In this document: positions 30,527-40,693 of the stretch, one piece after another | Position numbering within the stretch: the stretch's first letter is position 1 | Layout of the letters: every line of letters starts with the position of its first letter | Source: an uncultured Acidobacteriota bacterium | Lineage (GTDB): Bacteria > Acidobacteriota > Terriglobia > UBA7540 | DNA: 64,000 nt | NCBI GenBank assembly: GCA_963804995.1 | Contig: CAWDSK010000003.1 | Location: 480,001 to 544,000 of the forward strand | Reading direction: 5' to 3' | Notes under the pieces: generated by a model | The model's input: only the letters and a program-made list of their open reading frames with translations | Databases searched by the model: none | Told to the model about the DNA's origin: nothing | Made by a program: the position numbers and the translations under genes

Positions 30527-30837
30527 GGGAACTCCTATGGCTTGATGGGGCCGACATTACCACTCCGTTATCGGCAATTCAAGGTGCCACCGGCGTAATT
30601 CTGGCGTTCGAGCACCGGAGCGAACCCTCCATACCCCCAGATTCAGGGGCTTGCGGAACCCTTTCACGGATGCCGCATTGGCCCTGCACCGCTTCTAAGA
30701 CATCGGCAAGTACCATTCCTACCAATCCGTTAGCTCGTCGCCCACATGTAATCCACGCGTAAGCGCTGTTGCATTGAGGTACCCGCTCGCCCAGCCCAAA
30801 GTCGCCCTCACCACGCAAGTTCGTGGAGGAGGGCGCC

Positions 30838-31578
30838 ATGGGATCGAAAGGCAAGACTCAGAAGGTAGCGCGATGGAAATCGTGGATTCTGGTGGGATGG
30901 ATGGCGGTTCTGGGAGTTCCGGGGCTGCTGGCTCGAACTGTAGCCCAGGCCCCGGACGGCGGCCCGGAATCTCAGGGCCAGCCCGCGGGCAATGGCGAAT
31001 CCGGCCTGCGGATTACCCTGCGCATCTTCAACTACGCTCACGTCACGCCCCCCGAACTGACCCGGGCGGAGCACGTGGCAGCAGCTATCTTCCGCAAGGC
31101 AGGAATCGAAACGATGTGGATGGATTGCCCGGTCTCACCGGAGGAGGTTGACCGCTTCCCCGCCTGCCAGCGGCCCTGGGCGACCTCGGACTTTGCCCTT
31201 CGCTTCGTATCCCAGCCCTTTGGGGAGAGACCCGGCTCCCACCACGACCTGGGGTGGGCTCTCCCTTGCGTGGACAGCCAACAAGGATGCTATACCTATG
31301 TCTTCTACCAACTGGCGAGGCAGTGGGCAGAGCGTTGTGACACTACGACCGATCAGATCCTCGGCCACGCCATAGCGCATGAAGTCGGGCACCTGCTATT
31401 GGGACCGGAGTCGCACTCGCAGACCGGCGTCATGCGCGGAGATTGGTCGATGGATGACTTAGCAGCAATGGCACGGACGTTTCTCTACTTCACCCCAACG
31501 CAATGCGAACGGCTCCAGAGGGACGTGTCAGCGAGGATGCGGGATCATGCGGGCGCGCTGGCAAGCCGAGGACTATGA
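30838..31578 (+). CDS. Secreted hypothetical protein with HExxH motif (putative zincin-like)
   Basis: Signal peptide; AIAHEVGHLLLG..SH...G.M. Confidence 0.7.
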   Translation: MGSKGKTQKVARWKSWILVGWMAVLGVPGLLARTVAQAPDGGPESQGQPAGNGESGLRITLRIFNYAHVTPPELTRAEHVAAAIFRKAGIETMWMDCPVSPEEVDRFPACQRPWATSDFALRFVSQPFGERPGSHHDLGWALPCVDSQQGCYTYVFYQLARQWAERCDTTTDQILGHAIAHEVGHLLLGPESHSQTGVMRGDWSMDDLAAMARTFLYFTPTQCERLQRDVSARMRDHAGALASRGL

Positions 31579-33506
31579 AGCCCCCCTGAGTACCTTCAAG
31601 TTTACCGCCGAGTAGACTGAGCAGATGCGCGCCAAGGTGAGGGAACGCGGGCGACAGCAGGCGGCAGAGGCCCCCAGTCTAACCGTATATTCACACAGTT
31701 CGCCGGGGTTAGCTCCCTTGTAACGCCATAGTGTAGAGCGAAGTCGCCCAACTCCTGTATCGTCGGCCACTCGGAAGTTATCCTCGACGAATCGAAATCC
31801 TCTATTCGATAACGAACGTCGCCCATGGAACCCCAACAGCCTATCTTAGCGCTTATGGGCACGAGGCCTGCCCCTACGAGACACGTTTTTGCGGCCGCTC
31901 CGCGCCGCCCCGCCGTGACACACTCCAACAGCAGTGACGAGTGGCTAGTGGCGAGAAAAGGCTGGCGGCGCCGCCGGCCAATCCAAAGTCGGAAATCGAA
32001 AATCGGTCTTCCAATCTAAAATCCAAAATTGCCGCCCCGTCGTGACACTCCCCCGCATCGGTTATCGGCAGATTGCGACGCGAACTTGAACCTAACTCGA
32101 CGGCTCGAAAACCCACAATCACACCATCATTAAATTGTCCGCTCACCCAATGATTCAATGTCCCGATGAATCAATGACCCAATCCGCGCTGTGACACTTC
32201 CCTGTATCGGCTATCGGTGGGATTAACGCCGAGGATGAGACAAATTGAGCGGCCCGCGACAAACGACTTGACCCCTCACCCGTCCCGCCCCGGCTCGTAA
32301 AAACGCCGGCGGCGGTCCACCCTCTCCCCTCGGAGAGGGCTATGCTCTTTCACTCTGGTGGTGGTGAAACGGAGAATTAATGACCCGATGGCCGGACCGC
32401 CCGATCACCCGATTGCCAGACCTCGCCGTGACACTCCCCCGCATCGGTTATCGGTGGGATCGGCGCCGAGGATGAGGCAATTTGAGCGGCGCGTTGGGCG
32501 ACGGGGTGGTTATCCTCTCCGCCGCGTGGCTTGACGCCACTCTCAGCACCACCCAATTTGTTTTGTCAGCACCGCACCTGCATTCCCCGGTTCAGCACCA
32601 CCCCGGCGCTCGGCCCCGATGATCAATTTGGAAAAAACGCGCTATCGGGGCTCGGCGCGCCTCCCCTCCTCATCTGAGGCGGGGAGTTCTTTAAAGCTCC
32701 CCTCCTGATTCCTGTGGCGCCGAAGGCGACGGGGTGGTTACGCGAGCGCCTGGGGCGACAGAGTCGTTACCCGCGGCGAAGCTTTCTTCCGCGGGCGGTA
32801 ACGCCCCCCTTCCCGTTCGTGGCGAGAAATAAGGACTGGCGCCATACTGACCTCACCGCCGCCGTGACACACTTCCCCGTATCGGTTATCGGTAGGATCG
32901 ACGCCAAGGATGAGGCAAATGAGCGGCCCGTCACAAACGACTTGACCCCTCACCCGTCCCGCCCCGGCTCGTAAAAACGCCGGCGGCGGTCCACCCTCTC
33001 CCCTCGGAGAGGGCTATGATTTTTGGCCTTGTACTGATGAACCAATAGCCTCGTCCCCCCGCCCCCGCCGTGACACACTTCCCCACATCGGTTATCGGTC
33101 GGTTGGCACACGAACCTTAGCCTAAAATCGACTTCGCAAATCACAAATCTGCCGGGCCGCCACGCCAATCCAAAATCGGAAATCGAAAATCTAAAATTGC
33201 TTGCCCCCGCTGTGCCACACTCCCCCGCATCGGTTATCGGCAGGCTTATCACCGAACATGAGCCCCATTCGGCACGCCGGAAAATCGCCGACCGCCCAAT
33301 CACCAATCACAAATCGCAAATGACCCAATGATCCGATGGCCCGATCTCCGATTTCCCTCCCCCTTGCCAACCTTCTCCCGGGTACAGCTCAACGCCCATA
33401 GTATAATGATGGGTTTGAATTTCGACGGCGAGGGTGGCTCCTTCGGTGGTCCCAACAAAAAGAGAGAGGGCCAAAGCTCACTTCGTCGCCGCGCCTAAAT
33501 AATAAT

Positions 33507-35304
33507 ATGAGATTCTCTCGCCGCAACTTTCTCGGATCTTCGACCGTCGCCCTGGGTTCAGGCATCCTGGATTTCCTCACCACTCCGCTCTGGAGATGGC
33601 CGGGCGCTCCCCTTCTCCACGCGGCCACCGCGCCCGACCCCGACGCGTCCTCCCCCGTCACCTACGTGGATGTGGCCAAGGAAGCTGGCCTCAATGTGGA
33701 GAACGTCTGGGGGGGAGTGAAGCGCAAGAAGTACATTGTCGAAGCCAAGGGAAGTGGGGTGGCGTTCTTCGATTACGACCAGGACGGCTGGCTCAACGTC
33801 TACCTGACCAACGGCATTCGGATGCCGGGCGAAGAGCCCAATCCCGGCGGGCAGACTCCCACCCAGCATCTTTTCAAGAACAACCGCGACGGCACCTTTA
33901 CCGACGTCACGGAAAAAGCCGGCTTGACGCGCACCGGGTGGGGCACCGGCGTGGGCGTGGGCGACTACGATAATGACGGCTGGGACGATCTGTTTTGCTG
34001 CTACTGGGGGCACAACGTCCTATGGCACAACAACGGCGACGGCACCTTTACGGACGTCACCAAACAGGCCGGCCTGTGGGAGGAGCGCGTACGGTGGGGT
34101 ACCGGCTGCACCTGGCTGGATTATGATCGCGACGGGTACCTTGACCTCTTCGTCTGTAATTACATCGAGCTCAACATTCAAAAAGTTCCTACGCCCGGAC
34201 AGACCGGCTATTGCCAGTGGAAAGGAATCCCAGTGATGTGTGGTCCCCGCGGCTTGCCCGCCGGGATGAATATCCTCTACCACAATAACGGCAACGGGAC
34301 GTTCACGGACGTCTCGAAAAAGGCCGGCATCCTCAAGCCCGGCCCCCGCTACTCGATTACCGCCGTCTCCTACGATTTCGATAACGACGGCTGGCCCGAC
34401 ATCTACGTGGCCATCGATTCCGAACCGAGCATTCTCTTCCATAACAAGCACGACGGAACGTTTGAGGATATCGCCGTCATGGCCGGCTGCGCTTACAACG
34501 AGGACGGTCAGGAACAGGCCGGCATGGGCGTGGGCGTGGGAGATTACGACTGCGACGGGTGGCTCGAACATCTACAAAACCAATTTCTCTGACGATACGC
34601 CGGACCTCTATCACAACAACGGCGACGGCACGTTCACCGACGTGACCTTTGCCGCCGGCTTGGGCGTGAATACGCAATACGTGTGCTGGGGCGCCGGATT
34701 CATTGACTACGACAACGACGGGTGGAAGGACATTTTTCAGGTCAATGGTCACGTCTACCCCGAAATCGAGGAGTACCACCTGGACGTGCTGTTCCGAGCC
34801 CAACGCCTGGTCTATCGGAACCTCGGCAATGGGAAGTTCAAGGATGTTTCGAAAGATATGGGCCCCGGAGTGATGGAGAAATTTTCCAGCCGCGGCTGCG
34901 CCTTCGGCGACTACGATAACGATGGCGACATGGACGTGCTGGTCTTGAACATGAATGATTTCCCCTCGCTCCTGCGCAATGATGGGGGCAACAAACTGAA
35001 TTGGATCAGCCTCAAGTTGCTCGGGACAAAGTGCAACCGCACGGCCATCGGGGCGCGCGTGCGCGTTGTGACGGGAAAACACGCGCAGATCGACGAGGTG
35101 CACTCGGGAGGCAGCGTCATGTCGCAGAGCGATTTGCGGCTGCACTTTGGTCTGGGTCAGGCCACCCAGGCGGACGTGATCGAGGTGAAGTGGCCCACCA
35201 CCCAAAAGGTGGAGCGCTTCACCAATATCCCGGCCAATCACTTCCTAACGATTAAAGAAGGAGCAGGAATTATTAAGACAGAAAGTCCGCCAGCGAGCGT
35301 TTAG
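33507..35304 (+). pseudogene. CRTAC1/ASPIC-UnbV FG-GAP repeat protein, frameshift near 34568 (possibly artefact)
   Basis: Tat signal RRNFL; DYDNDG repeats in two overlapping frames; removing one A from CTCGAACATC gives WLDIYKTNFSDD. Confidence 0.85.
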
Positions 35305-35679
35305 GCTGTCCCAGAAGTTGCGCTCCGCGGGGCATAGCGGGCGTTGTCCCACCAAAAACCCCGGACGTGGGACAGGAAATTTACTCGGGTAGGAAATGCG
35401 GGCTCAGAACTTGCGCGGCGAAAATCCCCAGGTGCGTGGCTTCGGATTTGATCAATCACGCCCGGCGACCTTTGAAGTATTCCGTTGTCGAGAATCCCGG
35501 CAGAGGATTAAACTAACGCACAGCGTGCCCAAGTTCCGGTCGAGTCGGACTGCCGCCGACCCGCGAGCAGACTCAGCAGCGATGGCTCGGTTGAAGGGAT
35601 AGACATGAGAGGAGGCAGTCTGAAGACGCACGTGGAAAGGGGGAAACTGAGTGCCGCCTTCGTGCAAAGAAACTAGGAC

Positions 35680-38220
35680 GTGGCGAGGAGCATGTTGATC
35701 CAGCGGTATCGACGGGTTATCACCATTCTGGCTTTAGGAACTGCATTCCTTCTGGCGGGCTTGTGCTTTCCGAGCACCCTTCCCTCCACCCAAAATCTTC
35801 ATGGCGAGGTTTTGAATGAGAAGGACCTCCCTCTCACGGAAGCCGTTTGCACCCTCAGCGGTTCCCTGCTCCCTCAAGAAGGACTCACCGCCACGATGGA
35901 TCACAAAGGGCAGTTCCAGTTCCTGGACCTTGAGCCCGGCGAGTACACCTTGCTGTGTGCCGCCTCGGGTTACCAACCCTTGAGGCGCACGGTGGACGTG
36001 ACGGACACCGCCCTGCCCCTGTTCCAAATCGTGTTGCCGCCCGATGTGGTGATTCACCAGAGGGTGGAAGTCCACGAACAGGCTCCTGCCATTTCTACGG
36101 AACAGGCTGCACCCCCGACCCAATTGGGCACGCCCGAACTCAGGAACCTGCCGCTGGTGGAGCAGAAGTTCAAGGCCGCCCTGCCCTTCGTCCCGGGCGT
36201 GGTGCGCACGACAGATGGCAAGATCAACATCAAAGGCGTTCCTGAAACCCAAGGCATGCTACTGGTAAACTCCGCGGAGACCTCTGACCCCGTTACGGGT
36301 AGCTTTTCGATCGACGTTCCGGTGGTGGCCATCGATTCCTTGCAGGTCTACAAAAACACCTACAATGCCCAATACGGCGGATTCTCCGGGGGGCTTGCCA
36401 CGATTCATATCCGGCCGCCTGGCGACCGCTGGCATTTCGAATTCCAGAACGTCACTCCCAATCCTCGCATCAAGAACGGCACGCTGGTGGGAATCGCGGA
36501 CTTCAACCCGATCCTCTACGTCACGGGGCCCATCATCACCAACCGGCTGAGCTTCTCTGAGACGCTGGCTTACGACATTGATAAGAACCCGGTGCGCGGA
36601 TTGGCCTGGCCGAACAACGAGATCAAGATTCACGACTTTAGTTCGTTTACCGATCTCCAATACGTTTTTTCGCCGCGCCATTTGGCGTCAGCCTCCGTCA
36701 ATGTCTTCCCGTTGCGCCGCCAGTTCGCAGACATCAACTCCCTGGTCCCGCAAACCGCCTCTTCCGATTATGGTCAGAAAGGCTTCGCCGTAGGTTTTAT
36801 GGACCAGAACATGACCACAGCCGGCGGCATCTTCACGACGCTCCTTCACGCCATGGAGTTCGACAGCAACGCCCATGGGCAAGGAGCGCTCAACATGCTG
36901 GTCACGCCCAATGGTTGGGGCGGAAACTTTTTCAATACTTACCGGCGCTACAGCGATCAGGAACAGGGCCAGGAAACTTACAAATTCCCTCAGCGGCATT
37001 GGTTGGGGAAGCACGAATTGACGCTGGGCGGAAGCTTGTTACACCGTTCCTACAGCGGTAGCAGTAATTCGCGGCCCGTACTCATTCTCAGAGCCGATGG
37101 TACGCTGGCGGAGAGAATCGATTTCCTGGGACCGGGTTCGCTTTCGGCGGGGGATTTTGAGGGCGCCTTCTTTGTGGCGGACCACTGGGCGCCGAGCGAG
37201 CCGGTTTCTTTCGATATCGGTGTGCGGTATTCCGGCCAGTCGCTGGGTAGCCATGGGAATGTGGCGCCTCGGATGGGAGTTGCTTACTCCCCCGGCCGGG
37301 AGGGGAAAACTGTTTTGCGGGCAGGGGTAGGCCTGTTCTACGACCACAGTCAATTGCTGGCGGAGGACTTCACCTCCAACCCCACACGTTCTGTGAGCTT
37401 CTTTGATGAAGCGGGAACTCTCCAGGGGCCGCCCCTCGTTTACCAGAACGGATACGCGCATGTGGACGAGTCAGGTGTGCTTTCAACCTCGCAAAACCCG
37501 CTGGGCAGCGTGCCTCACAACTGGAGTTGGAGTCTCGAAGCCGACCGCGAGTTGACTCCCCGAGTGGTGCTGCGCCTGAGCTACATTTCCAGCCGCACTT
37601 ACAGCCAGTTCATCGTCAATCCCTTGACCCAGCTCCCTACCGGCCCCTCTTTGCTGCTCACCGATCAAGGCGCCTCGCGTTATCAAGAGTTCGAATCCAC
37701 GGTGCGTTATCGCCGGAGTGACTCATCCGAATGGAATTTCTCCTACGTCTACAGCCTGGCCCGCGGCGACCTGAATACCTTGGCTGAAATCTACGTGCCC
37801 TTCGAAGCACCCGTCATCCGCCCCGACGCTTACGCCAATCTACCCTCTGACACACCCCAGCGCATAGTGACCTGGGGACGTTTCAAAACCCATATCTGGG
37901 GAATCTCCGCCGACCCCCTGATTGACTTCCATTCGGGACTTCCTTACTCGCCCGTCGATGTGTTACAGAACTACGTCGGTCCGCCCAACAGCGCCCGCTT
38001 CCCGCACTTCTTCTCGCTCAACCTGAAATTGAGCAAGGAATTCCACCTCCCCCTGCCCTGGATCAAGAACCACGTGATGCGCGGCGCGCTCACCATCTTC
38101 AACGTAACCGACCACACCAATCCGCGTGACGTTTACAACAACACCGCTTCCCCGTTCTTCGACCATTTCGTAGGGAATCAACACCGCTTTTTTGATACCG
38201 CCTTGGATGTCATTTACTGA
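35680..38220 (+). CDS. TonB-dependent receptor-like outer membrane protein
   Basis: Carboxypeptidase-regulatory-like N-domain, A.YGGFSGG plug motif, APR.G.AYSP, terminal aromatic residue. Confidence 0.8.
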   Translation: MARSMLIQRYRRVITILALGTAFLLAGLCFPSTLPSTQNLHGEVLNEKDLPLTEAVCTLSGSLLPQEGLTATMDHKGQFQFLDLEPGEYTLLCAASGYQPLRRTVDVTDTALPLFQIVLPPDVVIHQRVEVHEQAPAISTEQAAPPTQLGTPELRNLPLVEQKFKAALPFVPGVVRTTDGKINIKGVPETQGMLLVNSAETSDPVTGSFSIDVPVVAIDSLQVYKNTYNAQYGGFSGGLATIHIRPPGDRWHFEFQNVTPNPRIKNGTLVGIADFNPILYVTGPIITNRLSFSETLAYDIDKNPVRGLAWPNNEIKIHDFSSFTDLQYVFSPRHLASASVNVFPLRRQFADINSLVPQTASSDYGQKGFAVGFMDQNMTTAGGIFTTLLHAMEFDSNAHGQGALNMLVTPNGWGGNFFNTYRRYSDQEQGQETYKFPQRHWLGKHELTLGGSLLHRSYSGSSNSRPVLILRADGTLAERIDFLGPGSLSAGDFEGAFFVADHWAPSEPVSFDIGVRYSGQSLGSHGNVAPRMGVAYSPGREGKTVLRAGVGLFYDHSQLLAEDFTSNPTRSVSFFDEAGTLQGPPLVYQNGYAHVDESGVLSTSQNPLGSVPHNWSWSLEADRELTPRVVLRLSYISSRTYSQFIVNPLTQLPTGPSLLLTDQGASRYQEFESTVRYRRSDSSEWNFSYVYSLARGDLNTLAEIYVPFEAPVIRPDAYANLPSDTPQRIVTWGRFKTHIWGISADPLIDFHSGLPYSPVDVLQNYVGPPNSARFPHFFSLNLKLSKEFHLPLPWIKNHVMRGALTIFNVTDHTNPRDVYNNTASPFFDHFVGNQHRFFDTALDVIY

Positions 38221-38240
38221 TCCCCGTCCCGGCCCGCACG

Positions 38241-38315
38241 GTAGCACAGGCACTCCTGCCTGTGAATGCGGCTCAACAATTGAGCTTAACGACACAGCCA
38301 GGAGTGGCTGTCCCA
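38241..38315. repeat. REP doublet
   Basis: GTAGCACAGGCACTCCTGCCTGTG...CACAGCCAGGAGTGGCTGTCCCAC. Confidence 0.7.
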
Positions 38316-38349
38316 CTTTACTCGGACAATTTGCTGCCCCCTTTGCATT

Positions 38350-38421
38350 TTTGGGCTACCGGTAGCCCAAACCTTTATATTGCCTATTGACATAGCCCAG
38401 TCGATGTAGAGCACAATAGAA
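38350..38421 (+). promoter_or_regulatory. 22-bp palindrome plus sigma70-like promoter (head of dispersed repeat, copy A)
   Basis: TTTGGGCTACCGGTAGCCCAAA, then TTGACA-N19-CACAAT; same layout at 61847-61918. Confidence 0.6.
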
Positions 38422-38571
38422 GTGACGAGGGTTTAGCGCCCCGACGTATCCAGGCAGCCCTTTCCAGCGAAGAACCACAGACCCCTGGGGGGGCATGCCA
38501 TACCCTGAATGCTTGTTGCAGCTCGAAACCTATCTCTGTAGCACTAAGCGCCAATGTCTTCGAGTGCCGCG

Positions 38572-38733
38572 CAGAAAAGATTCACCACAGAGTGCCAGAG
38601 GTCACGGAGAGTAGACGGAGAAAAAATTGCGGGTTAACAACCCAGGAAGCGGGATCTCTACCCGCGCCATCAGAAGCGCTTTTCTCTGTGGTCTCTCTGT
38701 GGTCTCTGTGGCCTCTGGGGTGAATCTTTTCTT
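38572..38733. repeat. Inverted arrays of ~9-bp CACAGAG/CTCTGTG repeats
   Basis: AAAAGATTCACCACAGAG...CACGGAG...CTCTGTGGTCTCTGTGGCCTCTGGGGTGAATCTTTT. Confidence 0.75.
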
Positions 38734-38877
38734 CGCTGGCCTACGGAGATTGGGTGGCACGGGCTTCCAGCCCGTGACTGGAGTTTCTACATTTAGGTCT
38801 GGCAAAGTAAGATTTCTATTGACAGACCTCCCTGATTTCCGTTACCTTCCTCCTGAGTCCTGGCTCCGGAGGTTAAC

Positions 38878-39213
38878 TTGCCTGACGATCTCAAGGATTC
38901 CATTCTTTCGATATTCGAGGCCTCACTGGATGCCCAGTTGCGGGCGGTTCGCCGTCTCCGCGGCGGTTCCCCAGCCCCCGCCCCGAGGCCGCGCCGCACA
39001 GGTCTGTCCCAAGTGGACATGGCGTACGACATACTCAAGAAGGCCCGTACCCCCTTGCACATTTCCGAACTCCTGGCGCGCCTCCGCGCCGCCTTCTACG
39101 TCACCGTCGATCGCGAGAGCCTGGTCTCTTCGCTGACCAAAAAAGTCGCCCGCGGCGATCGCTTCCTGCGTACCGGGAAGAACACTTTCGGCTTACGTCC
39201 GGAGGCCCGATGA
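38878..39213 (+). CDS. IS-associated winged-HTH protein (HARE-HTH-like)
   Basis: AYDILKKA..PLHISEL...F.RTGKNTFGL; GGAGG RBS; ATGA overlap with transposase. Confidence 0.7.
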   Translation: MPDDLKDSILSIFEASLDAQLRAVRRLRGGSPAPAPRPRRTGLSQVDMAYDILKKARTPLHISELLARLRAAFYVTVDRESLVSSLTKKVARGDRFLRTGKNTFGLRPEAR

Positions 39214-40589
39214 CTCTGTTCGCCGCCTGGTCGGAGATCGTGGCGGACTGGGCCCCCACTTTTCCCCAGCAGCGCACCCTGCAGCGCGCCGTGCGCCAGG
39301 CCCTGGGCGCCTTGGTCTGCGTGGGTCGACGCTGTCTTTCGCGTATCCTCTGGACCCAGGGCCGCCAGCAGCGCAGTTGGTCGAGCGAATACTTTCTCCA
39401 CTCGCGTTGTCACTGGGAACCGCAGACGTTGTTTGCCGGCGTCTGGCGCCGCGCCTTGCCCTATTGTCCCGGCCGCCTGGTGGGCGTGGCCGTCGACGAC
39501 ACCCGCCTGCGCAAGACCGGCCGCGCCATTCCCCAGGCGCGTTATCACCGCGATCCCCTCTCGCCCCCCTTTCATGTCAACCTCCTGCGCGGCGTGCGCT
39601 TTCTGCAAGCTTCCCTGCTGCTGCCCCTGCATCGGTACGCCCCCGCCAGCTGCCGCGCTCTGCCCGTGCGCTTTGAAGAGGCGGCGCCGCTGAAAAAGCC
39701 CTCCCGCAAGGCGAAAGAGGAAGCCTGGCAGGAATATAAAAGGATGCGCAAGCTCCACAACCTCTCGCAGCGTTTTGTGCAGAGCGTGGCCCCCTTGCGC
39801 CAGGCGCTGGATGCGGCCGGGGGTGGGGCCAAGCTGCTGGTGCTGGCTCTGGATGGCAGCTTCTGCAACCGCACCTGTCTGCGCGCCCCCCGCGATCGCA
39901 CCGAGTTGATCGCCCGCGCCCGCAAGGATGCGCGCCTCGGCTTTCGCGCTCCCCAGCCTTCTCGCCGCTTTTACGCCCTCTCCACCTTTACCCCCGAACA
40001 GGTCCGGCAGGACGAGTCCCACCTCTGGCAGCAAACCAAGCTCTTCTACGGAGGCAAGCGCCGCCGCCTCCGTTATAAAGAGGTGTCGCAAGTCTACTGG
40101 CGTCGGGGCGCCGGCCAGATCCCCCTGCGGCTCTTCGTCGTGGCTCCTACCCCCTATCGCAAACGGAAGAGCTCCAGACTCTACTACCGTCAACCGGCCT
40201 ACCTGCTGACCACCGACCTGCGGCACTCTGCCCCTCAGTTGCTGCAAATCTACTTCGACCGCTGGCAGATCGAAGTCAACCACCGCGACGAGAAGGAGAC
40301 GCTGGGTGTCGGACAAGCCCAGTTATGGAACGTTAACGCCGTGCCCAAGCAACCTGCCCTGGTCGTGGCCGCCTACAGCGCGCTGCTCCTGGCTTCTCTC
40401 CAAGCCTTCGGCACCGAGCGTGGCACGGCCTATCAGGCTCTGCCCCGGTGGCGACGCAAGGCCCACCGCCCTTCCTGCCTCGACCTCGTCACCCTGCTGC
40501 GCCAAGAAATGGTCGACCACCCGGAATGTCCCCAATCTCTGGGCTTCCAACTCACCGACCGCGCCCTCACCCACGCCGCTGATGCATAA
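39210..40589 (+). CDS. DDE transposase (IS701/IS4 superfamily)
   Basis: VAVDDT.LRK.G, LALDGSF, Y..RWQIE..HRD.K (YREK). Confidence 0.88.
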   Translation: MTLFAAWSEIVADWAPTFPQQRTLQRAVRQALGALVCVGRRCLSRILWTQGRQQRSWSSEYFLHSRCHWEPQTLFAGVWRRALPYCPGRLVGVAVDDTRLRKTGRAIPQARYHRDPLSPPFHVNLLRGVRFLQASLLLPLHRYAPASCRALPVRFEEAAPLKKPSRKAKEEAWQEYKRMRKLHNLSQRFVQSVAPLRQALDAAGGGAKLLVLALDGSFCNRTCLRAPRDRTELIARARKDARLGFRAPQPSRRFYALSTFTPEQVRQDESHLWQQTKLFYGGKRRRLRYKEVSQVYWRRGAGQIPLRLFVVAPTPYRKRKSSRLYYRQPAYLLTTDLRHSAPQLLQIYFDRWQIEVNHRDEKETLGVGQAQLWNVNAVPKQPALVVAAYSALLLASLQAFGTERGTAYQALPRWRRKAHRPSCLDLVTLLRQEMVDHPECPQSLGFQLTDRALTHAADA

Positions 40590-40693
40590 TAAATGTAGAA
40601 ACTCCAGGCACGGGCTTCCAGCCCGTGAAGGGTCACGGCCAGGATGGCCGTGCCACAAAATCTTCGCAGGTTCTTTATCAAGCGGCCCAGGGT

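Larger units (their letters stand above)
26922..31857. mobile_element. Non-autonomous cargo cassette with TIRs and target duplication
   Basis: Ends CATAAGCGCTTAGATA / TATCTTAGCGCTTATG (15/16); GGCACGAGGCC repeated at 26911-26921 and 31858-31868; no transposase inside. Confidence 0.8.
26592..33360. repeat. Array of nine GCCGTGACAC...ATCGGTTATCGG repeat units, split by a 4.9-kb insertion
   Basis: Units start at 26592, 26740, 31912 (partial), 32039, 32188, 32425, 32861, 33067, 33209. Confidence 0.9.
38778..40607 (+). mobile_element. Two-gene DDE insertion sequence (IS701/IS4-like) inserted in a REP
   Basis: Perfect 18-bp TIR CTGGAGTTTCTACATTTA; 21-bp direct repeat at 38757-38777 and 40608-40628. 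Confidence 0.92.

Noticed and set aside
30560..30600. GCCGATAA upstream of the kinase gene as another array-type promoter
   Set aside because: The -10-like octamer is present but there is no matching -35 at the conserved spacing and no GTGACAC leader
31912..33250. Repeat array as a CRISPR
   Set aside because: Spacers are 95-400 bp, variable and homologous to one another; repeats are degenerate; no cas genes in the window
39096..40316. Long antisense or alternative-frame ORFs (also 12022-13239, 12605-13891, 16060-17202, 45415-46521, 60911-62308)
   Set aside because: Shadows of recognisable genes in GC-rich DNA, with no motifs of their own
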